From Monocercomonoides exilis PA203 (Eukaryota; Protista; Preaxostyla): a DNA stretch of 64,000 nt. Location: positions 930,001 to 994,000 of the forward strand of contig LSRY02000009.1 in the NCBI GenBank assembly GCA_001643675.2. Direction: 5' to 3'. The position numbers were made by a program, and so were the translations under genes. The notes beneath the pieces were generated by a model. That model was given only the letters and a program-made list of their open reading frames with translations. It did not search any database and was not told where the DNA came from. This document shows positions 12,031 through 25,940 of this stretch, piece after piece. How positions within the stretch are numbered: the first letter of the stretch is position 1; each line of letters starts with the position of its first letter.

Positions 12031-13800
12031 TCTCATCTGCAAGCAGACTCGGCTGACTGCAGAAACATTTCCAATGTGTTTGCGTCTGCTTTCTTCAATT
12101 TGGATTCCTTCCAGCTGTTTTCTGAATGATTCATCGATTCAGATGGAAGGAAACAAGACAAACACTTTCAAAAGGCAGATGGTTCCAAAAGCTCAATGAA
12201 ACAAACAAGATGAATGCGAGCCCATTCACAAAGCGATTGAATGCTGCTTCAGATGGAATTGGTGAGGATCTGTTGCAAGAATCAGTTTTTGAGTGAATAA
12301 TTTTTTAAGTCTGCAAAATATGTCAGTAAACCTTAAAGAAAAAGAAAAAAAGAAAATCAATTTAAAAGCTAATTCCTAAATGAGGCAATACCTCTTTTTT
12401 AAAACAAGCTTGTCTTCTCGCCTCTCTGATTGAAACAGTCTGTCTTTGATAATCTCTTCACAGCTGTTTTTTTTTTTTTAAAAAAAAGTTAAAAGATCGG
12501 CAACGTTAAAAAAAAGAAAAAGAAAAAACAAAAGCGAAAATATGAAATTGTAATTGTCCAAAAAGAATGAGTAATTTTTTATTATTTTTATGATTTCTTT
12601 CTTTCTTTCTTTTTCATTAATATTTTTTTCAAAAAAATTAATATCAAAATATGACTTCATTTGGATAACACACCCCAATTTGATCAGACACTTCAATTGC
12701 AGTCTGTTCTGTTTTGTCGGATTCGTTTCTCCTTCGTCCATGTTGCTTCAAGTTTTGCCTTGAAATCAATGCTGATATTGGAGAATCTACAATAACCATC
12801 AAAACAATCCAAAATGATGATTTTCCAAAAAACGTAACAAGCGTATTCACAGAAAAATACACGTCAACTGGCAACATCATTAAACGATAAATGTGTTGAA
12901 ATGAATTCTCAATCTTGCATGCGCTTGATTCCGCATATTGCATTAACCTCCCTTCGCCTTCTCGAATTCTTTCATCTTCGCATAACCTCAAAATCTTTTG
13001 GGAAAATCTCTTTCATTGCCCGATCAACGATATTGTTCATTATTGCCTTGATTCTGTTCCCAAAGTGATTCAGTTATCATGTTTCCGAGCACCATTAAAA
13101 TGTGGATTAACGAAAGCTTGATTCCCTCCATCAATTTTCCTTTAGCTCGAATTACCAACTCAAGAAATTAACTAATTATAAAAGAATCCCTTGTTTATTA
13201 CTAAACTCAACACATTAAAACTGAAACATTCACGGAAACCAGCAAACACTCCGAAATAACAGGAAAAATCATTTCTATCAAGGAGAGCTTTCAGATAACA
13301 CAAAATGCGAGTGCAAAAATTGAATTTCTAATGCCTGCATTTTGATTTGTTGGAGAATGAAGCATACGCACGATTAATCATCAAACGGCTTCTTTTTTGT
13401 CTCCTCTTTGCAAAGTTCTTTTCAAAGTCTTTTCTCCTCTTCTTCAAATTGCTCAAAATGTTGAAATGGAAATTTTTAAATATTCAATTCTAGGCATGTG
13501 GGATATTTTTCAATAAGTTCAATTTTTCATATAAAATGTTATTAATTACTAAGAATGAATTATTGTTGGTTCGATCAGACAGAATTTAAACTCTTTTGTA
13601 TTTAGCTAAATACGACCAATATTGCAGATTCTTTGTGATTTCTTTTTTAACGCAGATTTTTATTGAGCAAAAGAATTGAGTTTGATAATATATTTTAGTT
13701 TTGTCAATTATCAACAATGTTTGTTTTTCTGTTTGTTTTTCTGTTTTTCATTTGAAATTTTGCGGCAAATTGATCTTTACTAAAAATAGACAGAATGGAA

Positions 13801-15224
13801 ATGTGCAGTGAAGATAAACCCAATGATGATATCCAGAAGCCGTCTCTTGAAGATAAGTTTTCAAGTTTGTGAATTTTTTCAATTTTTTGAAATGTTCAGC
13901 GCTTTCGGTAATTAATAAATTAATTGAAGTTTTATTTTCTAAGCTTAAAATTTGCAGTGAGGAAGAACAGAAACAGAAAATTGAAGAAATGATTGAACTA
14001 ATTGAAGAAATGGATTTTTCAAATTTGTATGACACTTTTACCACTGAGTTGTTCGACAATATGAACAAAATGATTGAAGAAAAGAAACTTTCGATGGAAG
14101 ATGCAATTTTGTTGATGAAGCGTATTGGATATTGCAAATTGCTGAAAGATGTATGGAATCTAAGATTTGGAGGATCTTCGTTGCAAAAAAGATTTGAGAA
14201 GATGATTATTGATGAAGAAAAGAAGAAAGGAGAAAAGAACAAAATGCTTTTGCCTGATTTGTGTGAATGCTTCCTTTCTTTAAATTACAGATACGTTGTC
14301 CTTTCAGAAACAGTAAATGAAATTTGTGTATCTTGTCTCCTGAAAGTTGCGTTGAAGAAAGAGGAAAGCGAAGAGACTCGAAAAGAAGCGGAAATGGCTT
14401 TGCTAGCGTTGAGCAGCATTAGAGATAATGTGTGTGAAATTTAATTTCCTTTTTGCTATTATAATTTTTTGCTTATTTCTTGTCAGTTTGTCAAAAAAGA
14501 ATTGTATCTGAATGAAATCAAAGAAATCATCAAATATCATCAAGAGAATCGCAATCTCACACGACTTGCCTATCAATCTGCTTGGCGGTTCTTGAAAGAC
14601 CGACTTTTGGTTGACAATGGCTTGGAAGAAGTCATCGTGAATGAGCTTCATTTAGCGAGAGAAGCAGCAAGAGAACTGGAAGAGCTTTCAAAGTGCGTGA
14701 ATTGGAAGAAAGAGAAAGAAGAGGAAATGGGAAAAGAAACGAAAGAAGAGCGTGTTATCGAGAAATGGTTCAGTGAAATTTTTCATTTCTTATACTCAAT
14801 CACATTGTGGAACGAAGAACTTGCTGGACTTATAGGCAGCATTGTTCAGGTATATCAAGTGGCGAAGGATAATTACAAAGAAATTGGCGATTGGTGCATT
14901 CATTTATTGAGAACTGAAGCGGAAAGAAGAGCTGTGAATGTTAAAGACTTGCTTAAAGGAAGAGCATTTGACACTGTTTTGGAGGAATTTCAGCGACCAA
15001 CGTTGAGTGACAATATTGAGTGTAGTCTCTTGATCTTTTTCATAAATGTTTCTAAACGATTGGAAGAAAAGAAGAAGGATGAAATGAAAGAAGCGAAAAG
15101 AAAAGAGTTGAAAAGGAAAATGTTTGAAAAGATGGAAGAAGAGGGATTCGAAGATATCGTAGCAAGCTTTTATGAAAAGTTTAGTTACATTTTTGCAAAT
15201 CATAACGTATTTATTTATCTTTGA
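13801..15224 (+). CDS. 3-exon gene for an alpha-helical (ARM/HEAT-like) protein of an expanded hypothetical family; exons 13801-13864, 13930-14429, 14487-15224
   Basis: Introns GTTTGT..AG (13865-13929, 65 nt) and GTGTGT..CAG (14430-14486, 57 nt) join ATG 13801 to ORFs 13869-14444 and 14469-15224 in one frame (..KFSILFSKLKIC.. and ..IRDNFVKKELYL..). Confidence 0.75.
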
Positions 15225-17041
15225 ATATTTCTGATTATTTTGTAAATGTTTGAGGAAATGTGATTTTTATTTATTTTGTAACTCAAAAACTGTCTTTTTA
15301 ATACACTTCTCAAAATGGCAAAAATATTTATTTATTTATTTATTTATTTATTTTCGAAAAATTAACAAAAGAAAAAGAAAGAAAGAAAGAGATCATCAAA
15401 AATAAGAATAAATGCAACATTTTTTGCAATGATAATTTCTAATTTTTTCCTTTCCATTCTATCTCTTTTTTTCTTTCTCTTTTAGCGATGCACAGAAGTT
15501 CTTTTGATTTTTGCAAATGAAAAATAAATGGTTGGGAAAAAATGATGAAAGACAGACTGCTTCAATCAGAGAGGAGAAAAGACGAGCATTTTTTTGAAAA
15601 ATGGAATTGCCTCATTTTAAACTTCATATTTTTCTTTTTCTTTGTATTAGATGAATTGCACAATTTTTGTGTAATTGTGAAATTTTCGAAAAATTTTGAA
15701 ATTCGTATATGTTATTTTGAAATAATCAAGAAATTTTGAAATTTTTCAGAAAAATTGAAAAAAAGGCAGTTATTTTAAGTTTCACCAACAAATTTCAAGT
15801 TAAATAAAAATTGTGGGAAGATCTTCGTTTTTTGCATAAAAATAGTGATGTTCAAAAATTATTGGAAATTTGTTGAAAATATTCTTATTTATTGTCTACG
15901 CACTTTTCATAACGTTCACCAATCAATTATGTGAAACAAATAGTTTGTTATAATTTTATTCCAACCAAAAAAATTTAAAATTATAAAATATTATATCACA
16001 AGTTTTTTGTGATTATTATAATATCTTTGTGACAACAAATGATTGCCAATGTTCAAATATTAAAAAGTTCAATGGAGAAAAATAATTTGAAAATGTTTTG
16101 TGATTTTCATTGACTGAAAAACTATGAACGCAATCATTGAAAACGATCATTAATAAATCGAATCAGTACATCCAATGAAACAAATGACATTCTACGCCTT
16201 TTTATGTTTGAAAAATTGACAAAAACCGATGATTGAGCTGAATAAAGCGGCGTTGTCGTCCGATTCATAAAGTTGGTATCCAATAAACCACAACAAATTT
16301 GAGCCGAAAATGAACAGATCATATCCATAGAAATGATTTTCCACTGGATAAAAAAGTAAAGAAGCAAATATTCACAAACAATTTACTGATTTTTTGTTTC
16401 TTTTTGAATAAATGACTTTCATCGACTGTTATATCTCTTCGCGTGGCAATCAAATCACTGTGCGTGGATCGTGTGGTCGTTTGAATAATCTAAGCTAAAT
16501 GTGAAAATTTGTTCAAAGCCTTATTGGACAAAATGTTGATTAAAAAGGAAATACAACGAATTTTTGAATCGTTCAATCAGTGATTAGGCACTGGAAACAG
16601 GATTTGGAGCTTTTCACAGACTAGAAATATAATAAAACGATACGTTGTTTTATTTAGCATTTTTTCCCATGGAGAACGAGCACACAAACCTTTTGCCTTA
16701 GTATTTTATTGATATCAACTTTATCCATCACAGCTCGAATCCTCCAAAATACAACTTGACAATATTTGAAATTTCATATTTTGCAATATGAAAAGGTTCT
16801 GAAATGACTTTCTCATCTTTTTTGCTCATGCTGAATACAGATCAGCCTTTCCATTCCGAAGGCAAAGTAGCGAAGATAAGAAAGTGACTTGGGTGTTTGA
16901 TCAGTCCATTCTGTTGTTCCAATGCGCACTGCTGAAACTGTGGGAGTATGTTGAAGCACTTTCGGTGACAATTTCAGTTTCGCTGGTGAATCTGCATCTT
17001 TTCCTTGGAACGTTGGTGGGTTAGTTGTTGAGGAGAAAGTG

Positions 17042-17542
17042 GATCTTGGCATAGGTTCATCTGTGCTTCTTTTGCAATTTGCTCTGTTTGAAATTAACTT
17101 TATGATGAAATAATAGATAAAAATAAATTGAAACTTTTGGGTGGACGAATTTTTTGAAATTATTTTTTCTTGTTGAAAAAAATCAATTTTGAAAAATCAC
17201 CCATAAATATTACAATTTTTAATTAAAATTAATATATAAAGATAATTTCCAATTAATAAATATATGCAATGCTTTTAATTGTTATATTAACCTTTCAAAT
17301 AAATGAAAATCTGAGAAATAAAACATTTATAGATATTAAAATTTTTAATGAATAATTTTTGATCTGTCACATAATAAACTTTTCAATTTCTAAAAATTTA
17401 GGATTAGCTTTTTTGTATGAAGCGTAAGGAGCACACTTTCCAATATGTTACAGTTTGAATATATTTATATTTTATTATTGTATGCACTGATTTCTATTGA
17501 AAATATTCTTCAATAATTTTCAAATTATGATTGTTTCAAAAT
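17042..17542. repeat. Left arm of ~500-bp inverted repeat
   Basis: Reverse complement of 20012-20512 (paired coordinates sum to 37554 at both ends checked). Confidence 0.9.
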
Positions 17543-17683
17543 AAAGACAATTAATTGTCAACGCAAAACAATATGAGTTTTATATTAGTGAAATTTGTCA
17601 AAATTGGATAGAAAATGCGGATAAACGTATTTTTCAATTTTTCTTATTATATTTAATTTGTTATTTTAACTTTTTTACAAAAT

Positions 17684-19000
17684 TTGTTAAACAATTATTA
17701 TTTCTCAATTCGGAATGATGCAGACAGTATAGATTTAAATGAAAATGGAGGGGGAATATTCAAAGCATTGGATGCATCTGGATCAATGAAGTTGATTGAC
17801 TCAACAATCAGTCTTTGCAACTGCAGCACTTATTCAGGAAAAGGAGGAGTGTTGTATTTGGAGACAAAGGAAACAGGGTTTCTAAACTTCCCATTTGTGT
17901 GGATGAAGTTCAATGAAAGAACAGAAAGAGTGAGAAATGATATTTATATTGAGTGTTTCGACATCACATCGTTAATCAATAAAAGTCAATATCAGTTTCA
18001 TCCTCGAGAGAAACCAAATGTTGGGTATGCGAATGGGGGAAATGGAGGAATGGGCTGTCATGGATGCGGATATCCTGACTTTCCATGCTCAACATTGACA
18101 GATACATGAACAGCGATGTTTGGTGCAAGATCAGCGGCATTGCGGTAGATGTGCACTTTCACGATTCACAAAGAAATTACACTCTATGCGCAGCCAATGG
18201 TCTTTGACGGAGAAGTGGAAATTGAATGAATTGTGATGAGAGAAGAAGATGATGGAGGAGAAGGAGAAGTGGGAGGAGGAGTGAAAAAATGCTTGATTGA
18301 GACGATGGAGAAAATCACATTTCGCTCTCTGATGTTTTGTGTTTGGTCTTTTGGCGGATAAGTCTGAACATGTTTGTTCATGTGCAGCGACGATGTTCTG
18401 AGACTTGAAGGACACTCGTTTGGCGCAGAGGTTGGAGCATTATGTGTGCGTGTGGAATGTTTGAAGGGGAGAGAAGGAAAGACGGAGCTTATGAAGTGTG
18501 GATTTGAAGAAGTGAGGACAAGGGGATGCGGGATTGTTGTTGCTGATGAGAGTGAAGCGGGAGTTGAATAAAAGAAGGTGACAATACGAAACACGGAGAG
18601 GGAAGACGAAGGGAGTATGTTGGAGCTGAGAAGAGGAAAGGCTGTGATCATAGAAAACACGACAATAAAGGAGACGAATTATGTGAAAGGGATGAGATTG
18701 GCATTGAAGAGGATATGGGGTTGGAGATGAGGAACAACACAATGTGAGAGGTGAGGAGATACGAAGGGAATGGAGGAGTGATGAGTGGGAAAGTGATGAG
18801 TGGGAAAGTGTGGGAGATTGAGTACGATGCGTTTCAGACGTGTGAGTGTGAAGCAGATTACACATCGTGATGTTTGAGAAATGGATATCCGTGTGAATCA
18901 ATGTGGAGTGGAACAAGTCACATTGAAAGAAGTGGGACTGAAGGAGAAAGGACAGCGAAAGTTAGTGATGAAGGGAGTTTTTGATTCTTATTCATTTTTA
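17684..19000 (+). pseudogene. Decayed fragment of a Cys-rich beta-helix-like surface protein gene
   Basis: CNCSTYSGKGGVLYL, NDIYIEC, GCGYPDFPCSTL motifs, then multiple stops and frameshifts. Confidence 0.55.
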
Positions 19001-20011
19001 AAGCGGATGTGATTGACGGATGTCTGAGTAAGGGAGATCCCATTATACGCAAGCCTTTTCGTTTTGAAAAGACGATCTAAAAAGATTCTCATGTAATTCT
19101 TAATAAATTATGAGTGTTTCAAAGGAACATTTAACATTTCAAAAACGCTCAATCAAAAATATGATGTAATTTATATGCATTGCTATTTTTTAAAAATGAT
19201 TTGCAATAAAAAATTAAACTATTTGAAAATAATTCCCCAAATTTATTTTGTTAATGAAATTCTTTTGAAAAACAAAATTTTTTGAAAAAGACAATCAGAA
19301 TTATCAAAGGAGAAACAATTACAAAATTTATATTTTTCTCCTTCATAAACTTTTTTATCTTCCAGCTAAAAACTCTCGATGTTCCTCAATCAACACTTAT
19401 TTTCCTATTTCTCTTCTTTATTTATCTGTTCTCACTTTTTCAAAAATTTTTTTTTCATTTTTCTTCAAATCATCAAATTCATCGACTTTTAATGTTAATA
19501 ATTCCTTCATGAAATCTTCATTTCAGTCATCTCTGCCTTTTATCTTCTTTTTCACGGTTCAATTCTTCTTTTTTTCCTTCTCACTCTCTCTTCTTCATTT
19601 TTTCCATTCATCTTTCATCCTTTTTCAAACAGCACGTTTAGCGAAAAGAAATATGTTGAAATTGTTTTTGATGATATTCTTCATTGTTGAGCTTTTTTCA
19701 TTCTTTCCAATATATTCTTCTGCAAAAAATAAGTCGAAGTCTTCTTCTGCTTCTCAGCTTTGAGCGTCTTTTGAGGGTTCCTGATGAAGGAACAGAAGTT
19801 TTTTATTCTTCTATTCTCATTATGTTCAACTTTTGTATTCAATCTTGATTACGAAAATAGAGAATATTTTGAAGATGTCACTTCAACATATTTCAATTTA
19901 AATATAAAATAATGAACAATTACACACCTTTGAAAAGATTTTCTTTCATGGATTTTTTCATGATCTGTTTCATAAAAACGTCCAACTTCATATTGCTTGA
20001 ATAATGATTTA

Positions 20012-20512
20012 ATTTTGAAACAATCATAATTTGAAAATTATTGAAGAATATTTTCAATAGAAATCAGTGCATACAATAATAAAATATAAATATATTCAAA
20101 CTGTAACATATTGGAAAGTGTGCTCCTTACGCTTCATACAAAAAAGCTAATCCTAAATTTTTAGAAATTGAAAAGTTTATTATGTGACAGATCAAAAATT
20201 ATTCATTAAAAATTTTAATATCTATAAATGTTTTATTTCTCAGATTTTCATTTATTTGAAAGGTTAATATAACAATTAAAAGCATTGCATATATTTATTA
20301 ATTGGAAATTATCTTTATATATTAATTTTAATTAAAAATTGTAATATTTATGGGTGATTTTTCAAAATTGATTTTTTTCAACAAGAAAAAATAATTTCAA
20401 AAAATTCGTCCACCCAAAAGTTTCAATTTATTTTTATCTATTATTTCATCATAAAGTTAATTTCAAACAGAGCAAATTGCAAAAGAAGCACAGATGTACC
20501 TATGCCTGGATC
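20012..20512. repeat. Right arm of ~500-bp inverted repeat
   Basis: Reverse complement of 17042-17542. Confidence 0.9.
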
Positions 20513-21598
20513 TTAATATCGAACTGCGTGAACGCGTTCCATTTGATCTGCATTCCGTTCAATCCTTCTGAGTTACAACCTTCCACAGCGCAACTGGTGT
20601 TCCTATCTGCACAGTCGAGGAGTGTGACTGTGAGGACAGACGAGGAGGTGGTAAGATGAGGAGTTGAAGAGAATGAGGTGTGGAAGATTGAGGAGATGGT
20701 GGTGAAACTGGCAAGGAAGATTCTGGAGCTGAGGAAGAAACCCAAGACAGAGGTGAAGGAGCTGATGGAGCAGCTGGTGGAGATAATGAAGAAGATAGAG
20801 CTTAGCAAGGAAGAGTTGTGAGTGTGGTTAGCAAACAGAAACTGGTAGTGTTGGCGAAACATGTTGCAATTCAGACTTCATTGGCCCCACTTTGCGGGAG
20901 AAGCAAACTGCTTTGGAGGAGGAGATGAAAGGAGGGGATCTTAATCTGGGATCATCGAAAGATCGGAGAAGAACGACGCTGTGACCAATGGTGGAAGCAT
21001 TGATGATAATGGTGGTAGTTGTGAAGGAGGAGTGAATGCAACGTTGAGGTAGAAGATAAACAAAATCTAGAAGGAAACGAAGATGCTGATGGAGCTATCG
21101 AAAGTGTATGAGAAGATGATAATAGAGCAGAAGGCGCTGTTCAATTTAGAAATTGTGAAGAAGCAAATGATACTTGCTCAAAAGAAGTAGAAGCAGAAGA
21201 AAATGAAGGTATCGTATGAAGAGAAGGTTGAACGGCTGGTTGGGCACGCAAAGGAGCAGAAGGAGCTGGTGTTGCGGAAAAACTTTGACATGGAAAGAGA
21301 TTGAGGGGCAGAGAAGAAAGTGGCGAGAGAGTGTTACAGTACGAATAGGAGATGGATGAACAGAAGAGGAGGCGAAGAAAACGAAGAAGAAGAAGAAGAA
21401 GAAGGAGAAGGAGAAGAGAAAGAAGAAAATGTTGATGATGAAGTCCAATTATTTTCTTCCTCTATTTCAGTCAAAACAAACAGCAGAACTGTTTCTGCTC
21501 CATTTCTCAGCAAATAATCTGCAGAAAGATTGTTCTTACGAGAAGAAGAAGAAGATGATGATGATGACGACGATGAAGCAGAATCGCAAGAATCACAA

Positions 21599-21703
21599 GA
21601 AGAAAAGGAAGAAGAAAAGGAAGAAGAAAAGGAAGAAGAAAAGGAAGAAGAAAAGGAAGAAGAAAAGGAAGAAGAAAAGGAAGAAGAAGAAGAAGAAGAA
21701 GAA
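21599..21703 (+). repeat. 12-bp tandem repeat (GAAGAAAAGGAA)n
   Basis: Directly visible; encodes EEKE repeats. Confidence 0.9.
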
Positions 21704-22209
21704 GATGATAGTTGTTTGAAAATTGTTTTTCTGTCAGATTGACAGGAATTTGATTTATCATTCAATTATCTCCAAAAGAGATCAGGAGAAGAGATGGAAT
21801 CATCAGCTATGGAATAGAAAGGGAAGAAAAGATAAATGCTAGAGAAAGCAGACCCAGATGATGTGAAATTATAAAAATGGCCATTATCCGAAGTAATACA
21901 ATCTGCAACGAATTGCACATTATTGGCGTTTAACTGGAGAACATAAGAAGATGATAATGGAGCTGTAGCTAATGGAACTCACATGGAGGGTTCGCAGAAA
22001 ACTGTAGACTTCGTGAGAAAAGAGTTGTGCAGCCTCCTGTTTAAACCTTTTAAGTTCCATTCTCCTCAAATATTCTTGAGTCATAAATATTCACTTCTTC
22101 TGAGCCATGGACAAGAGCAAGTTCCTGTAAAGACTGAAATAAGAGAAAAATTAGCTGGTTCAATTTTTGTTTGGACAGTTGCGCTCATATTTCTTTGTCC
22201 ATAATTCAC

Positions 22210-23163
22210 ATAAGCATTGTCATCGAAGTCTTCACTTCTTATTTCTGTTATTGTTCCTGTAAATATCTGAACTTCATTTGCATTACGTAAAAAAAGTTTA
22301 TTTATACAATGGCTGATAGAATTACACGGATAGCTTTCATTGATCTGACATGAAAAAGCACCTTTGGAATTTTGTTTTGCTTCAGTTGAAAAAACAAATC
22401 TGATTCGTCCGCCAACATTATCAAGCTATTCACTTTTATCAACAACAGAGTTGTATTATGAGCTAACTCTGTTTGGTGTTTGTCTGTTTGAATAACTTCT
22501 TATGCTAATGTTGTTTAGCGAAAAGTCTTGAAGAAGAATGTCATGTCCACCTTTCACACATGAGCTTTTGTGGAAAAAACAGTAGAAAAATAAAATTCCT
22601 TTATTCACTGCATAGATTTGTGAGCCAGCAACACCTCCAGATGTCATCGAAAAGCAGTTGCAGAATAGGCAGTTGAACAATAAGAATTTGTCCATTGAAA
22701 GCCAATGCACAATTGCACCACGTTCAGAGCCTGAAGAGTTAAGCGCACTGCATTTGAAAAATAAACTGATTTATAACACATTTCTTCTGTCTCCCAGTTC
22801 TCTTTGCACGCAGATCAATTGCCCCTCCGTGGTTACCTGAAGAGTAATTATGAAAGGAGCAATCATAAACTGCTGGATGTGAATTGACATTTTCAAACTG
22901 AATTCCTCCACCACCGTTTTTATCTGAACTAGCTTTTTCTGTAGAACATTGCGTTAATGTGGTCTAGAGCAAAATTTATTCAGCGATATTCAATGCATAT
23001 ATTCTTCCACATCTTGCGGAAGAAGCATTACACATAGAAAAGACGAATTTTCAACTCTAAGGATGGCTTTTTCATTGTCGTGCACATAAAGAGCACTTCC
23101 TTGTTGCGATGTGCAACCAATCCATTTCCATAATGAAATGGACAAACTTTCTGTTGCATCCAT
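22210..23163 (-). pseudogene. Decayed surface-protein-like gene fragment
   Basis: Minus strand reads MDATESLSISLWKWIGCTSQQGSALYVHDN, and later CFSMTSGG, with stops and frameshifts. Confidence 0.45.
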
Positions 23164-24445
23164 TTTGTTTTCCCTTGAATTTGAAGATTATTCAATTCTC
23201 ATTAACCTTAATGAGAAGTATTTTTCATTGGAATTGCTCTAACCAAGAAAAACAGTGAAAATGAAAGAATAAGTTTTTTCAAATCAAAATAATTTTTCAA
23301 CGTGAAAACTTGTGAATCATATCGAACCTCAAATGTCTTGTTCAGAAACTTTCGTGATAAAACGCAACAAGTCTTATGTCACCAGAAAACAAATATTCTA
23401 ATTGATCAAAAAATAACATCAAAAATTAATAACGAGTGCAGTTTTTTTTGATACTGTAGTTTTTTCAGATATTTTTTCTCATTTGTAAAATTTTGAATAT
23501 TGATAATAAATAATTGCAACGGAGTGTTTCATTACTTTCTCCAATCGGTAAATATTTAGATCCTTGGAGACTTTTTAAAAAATTTGACACTAAACATTCA
23601 TCTGTCAAAAAAAAAAATCAACGAAAACATTCAAACGATAATAACAATTACTTTGAAAAGAACAAAATTGTATTCCAAAGCTTGTTTCGAAAAATCGTTC
23701 ATTATTTCATTATATTTTTGTTTTAAAAAATTATTTTTTATTAATAATTATTAAAAGCAACAGATTATTCTTAGAAAATATGATTTGAATAACTTCGTGT
23801 TTATGCATAATATATATTTTCACAGAAAAGTTTTGTCAACCCGAGTTATTGCAAAATTCCCCAAAAATTTCAAAATTTCCATTGACAATTTCAAAATTAT
23901 TGGGTTATTTCAAAATAACCCAATAATTTTGAAATTTTTTTTTATTTCACAATTCATCTATTCTTTTCTTTGATAATTTTTTTGTTTATTTTGCGAATTT
24001 CAAAAATATATTTCACTCAAAAACAGATTCGTCTTGCAGATCCTAATCAATTCAGACTCAGCAACTTGCAGTAACTTGCGAAGACACTTATCCGCATCGT
24101 ATTTGTTGAACTGTGTTTTTTTTTTGACAGCATCTGCCTTTGAATGTGTCTTTCTTATTTCTTTCCATCAAAATTGTTGAATCGCTCAGAACGATGCTGA
24201 ACAGCAGCTGGATGGAGAAAACACGCATTAACAGAATGGAGATGCTGCTGCATTCAGTTGTGTCTGCTTGCACATGCAAAGGGGAAGAAGAAGAAGAAGA
24301 AGAAAGAGAGGAATGCAAAGAGGATGCGTCTGTGGAGGAAGAGGAAGAAGAGGAGATAGAAGAAGAAGAAGATGATGATGTTTTTGCTTTTATTGTTTCT
24401 TTCTCTTTCTCTTTCTTTCTTTCTTTCTTTCTTTCTCTCTCTCTT

Positions 24446-24514
<69 letters not shown>

Positions 24515-24719
24515 CTTCTTCTTCTTTTTTTTATTCCTTCGACAACTTTATTAGCTGACTATTAAATATCCATGGTAATAAGTACAAATGAAGAAGAGCA
24601 AAGGAAAAACAATACGAAGAAGAAGTTTTCATAGGGAGTTTGCATCAAAGTTTGTAGTTCAATAAGAATTAAACAACTTCTTTTCAAGTTGCCTGTTTTG
24701 TGATTCAAAGAAAAACAAA

Positions 24720-25728
24720 TAGGGCTATAATTTTATCTTGACCTTTTTTCTTTATCAAGACCTTTTTCTTTTTTGCCATGCTTAAAGCTTTACACAAGCC
24801 TGCGATAAATTAAAAATAACCAGAAATGTTTGAAATGTTTTAATTTCCTTATTCTGTATTTTTTTTCCTATATTTCATTTTTTTCAAAAAGATCGAGGAT
24901 AATAATAATTTTTTGTTTTGATCATTGACTTGCTGCTATTCCAGCGAATATTTTTTATCGGAAGTTTTAAGCTTTCATATCATAATACATCGTTTCTTTT
25001 TTAAATGATTTAGTTGTTTTAAACTTTCTCAACTTGTTTTTTTAACACTTTTCCTCATTTCACACTTATTTTCAAAAAACACGATTTCAGAGACATGCAT
25101 CCATTTGTATTAAATTTAATGAAATGAAATAAAAACAAATTTGAAATGAAATGATATCTCAAAGAAAAAACAACAAAATATTTGTATATGACGAACAATT
25201 TTCAGATCAAAATAGTTATATGTTCTGCCATTTCGCTTCAAATTCTTGTTCAATTCTTTTTCTTTTCAGAATTAATCAAAAATATACAATAAATAATACC
25301 TTGTTTTTTTTATCTGCTTAAAAATTTACACAAATTCATATTTGTTCCGAAAATCGTGTTTTAAGCAAAAACAGTGAAATGAGATAAAAAGATCAAAAAT
25401 AAAATTGAAAATGTTAAAAACAAGTTAAAATATTAATATAGGAATGTGGAATGCTGATGCTGTGGCTTGAAACGTTCGATATGAAATATTCGCTTCATGA
25501 CCAGCAAGTCTTTGATCTGTGTCCTAAAATAATAAAAATTTTTAATATTTTTTTGAACAAAAAAATATCAAAAAATTTTTTAACAGAATTCTGAAAAACA
25601 AAAATATCAAGAAGTCTATTTATTTTGTTTTTGTTTTTTGCCTTTTCACAAATCAAAAAAGCAAAAATAAGTTTCAAAAAAACAGGGTTGAGATAAAATT
25701 TTGAGGTCAAGATAATATTTGCACCCTA
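24720..25728. mobile_element. ~1-kb TAGGG-ended non-autonomous TIR element, copy 2
   Basis: Near-identical to 8173-9183 in the same orientation with different flanks; ends tagggctataattttatcttgacct / aggtcaagataatatttgcacccta. Confidence 0.9.
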
Positions 25729-25940
25729 TTTTAATTCCTTCATTATACACCTCCCTTGCTCGCGTGGTGAGAGAAACAATTGTTGATAAAGAAGGCAGAT
25801 CTGTTTGTGTGTACCTTGTTCGATTGATTTAAAATCGAGAGCAATACTTGCTTCCTTTGATGTTATCATCACTTCTTCCAATTGTTTCAAAAAGTGTTTT
25901 GTCTTATTTATTTAGTTCCTGCTTGATGCAGGCAATAACT

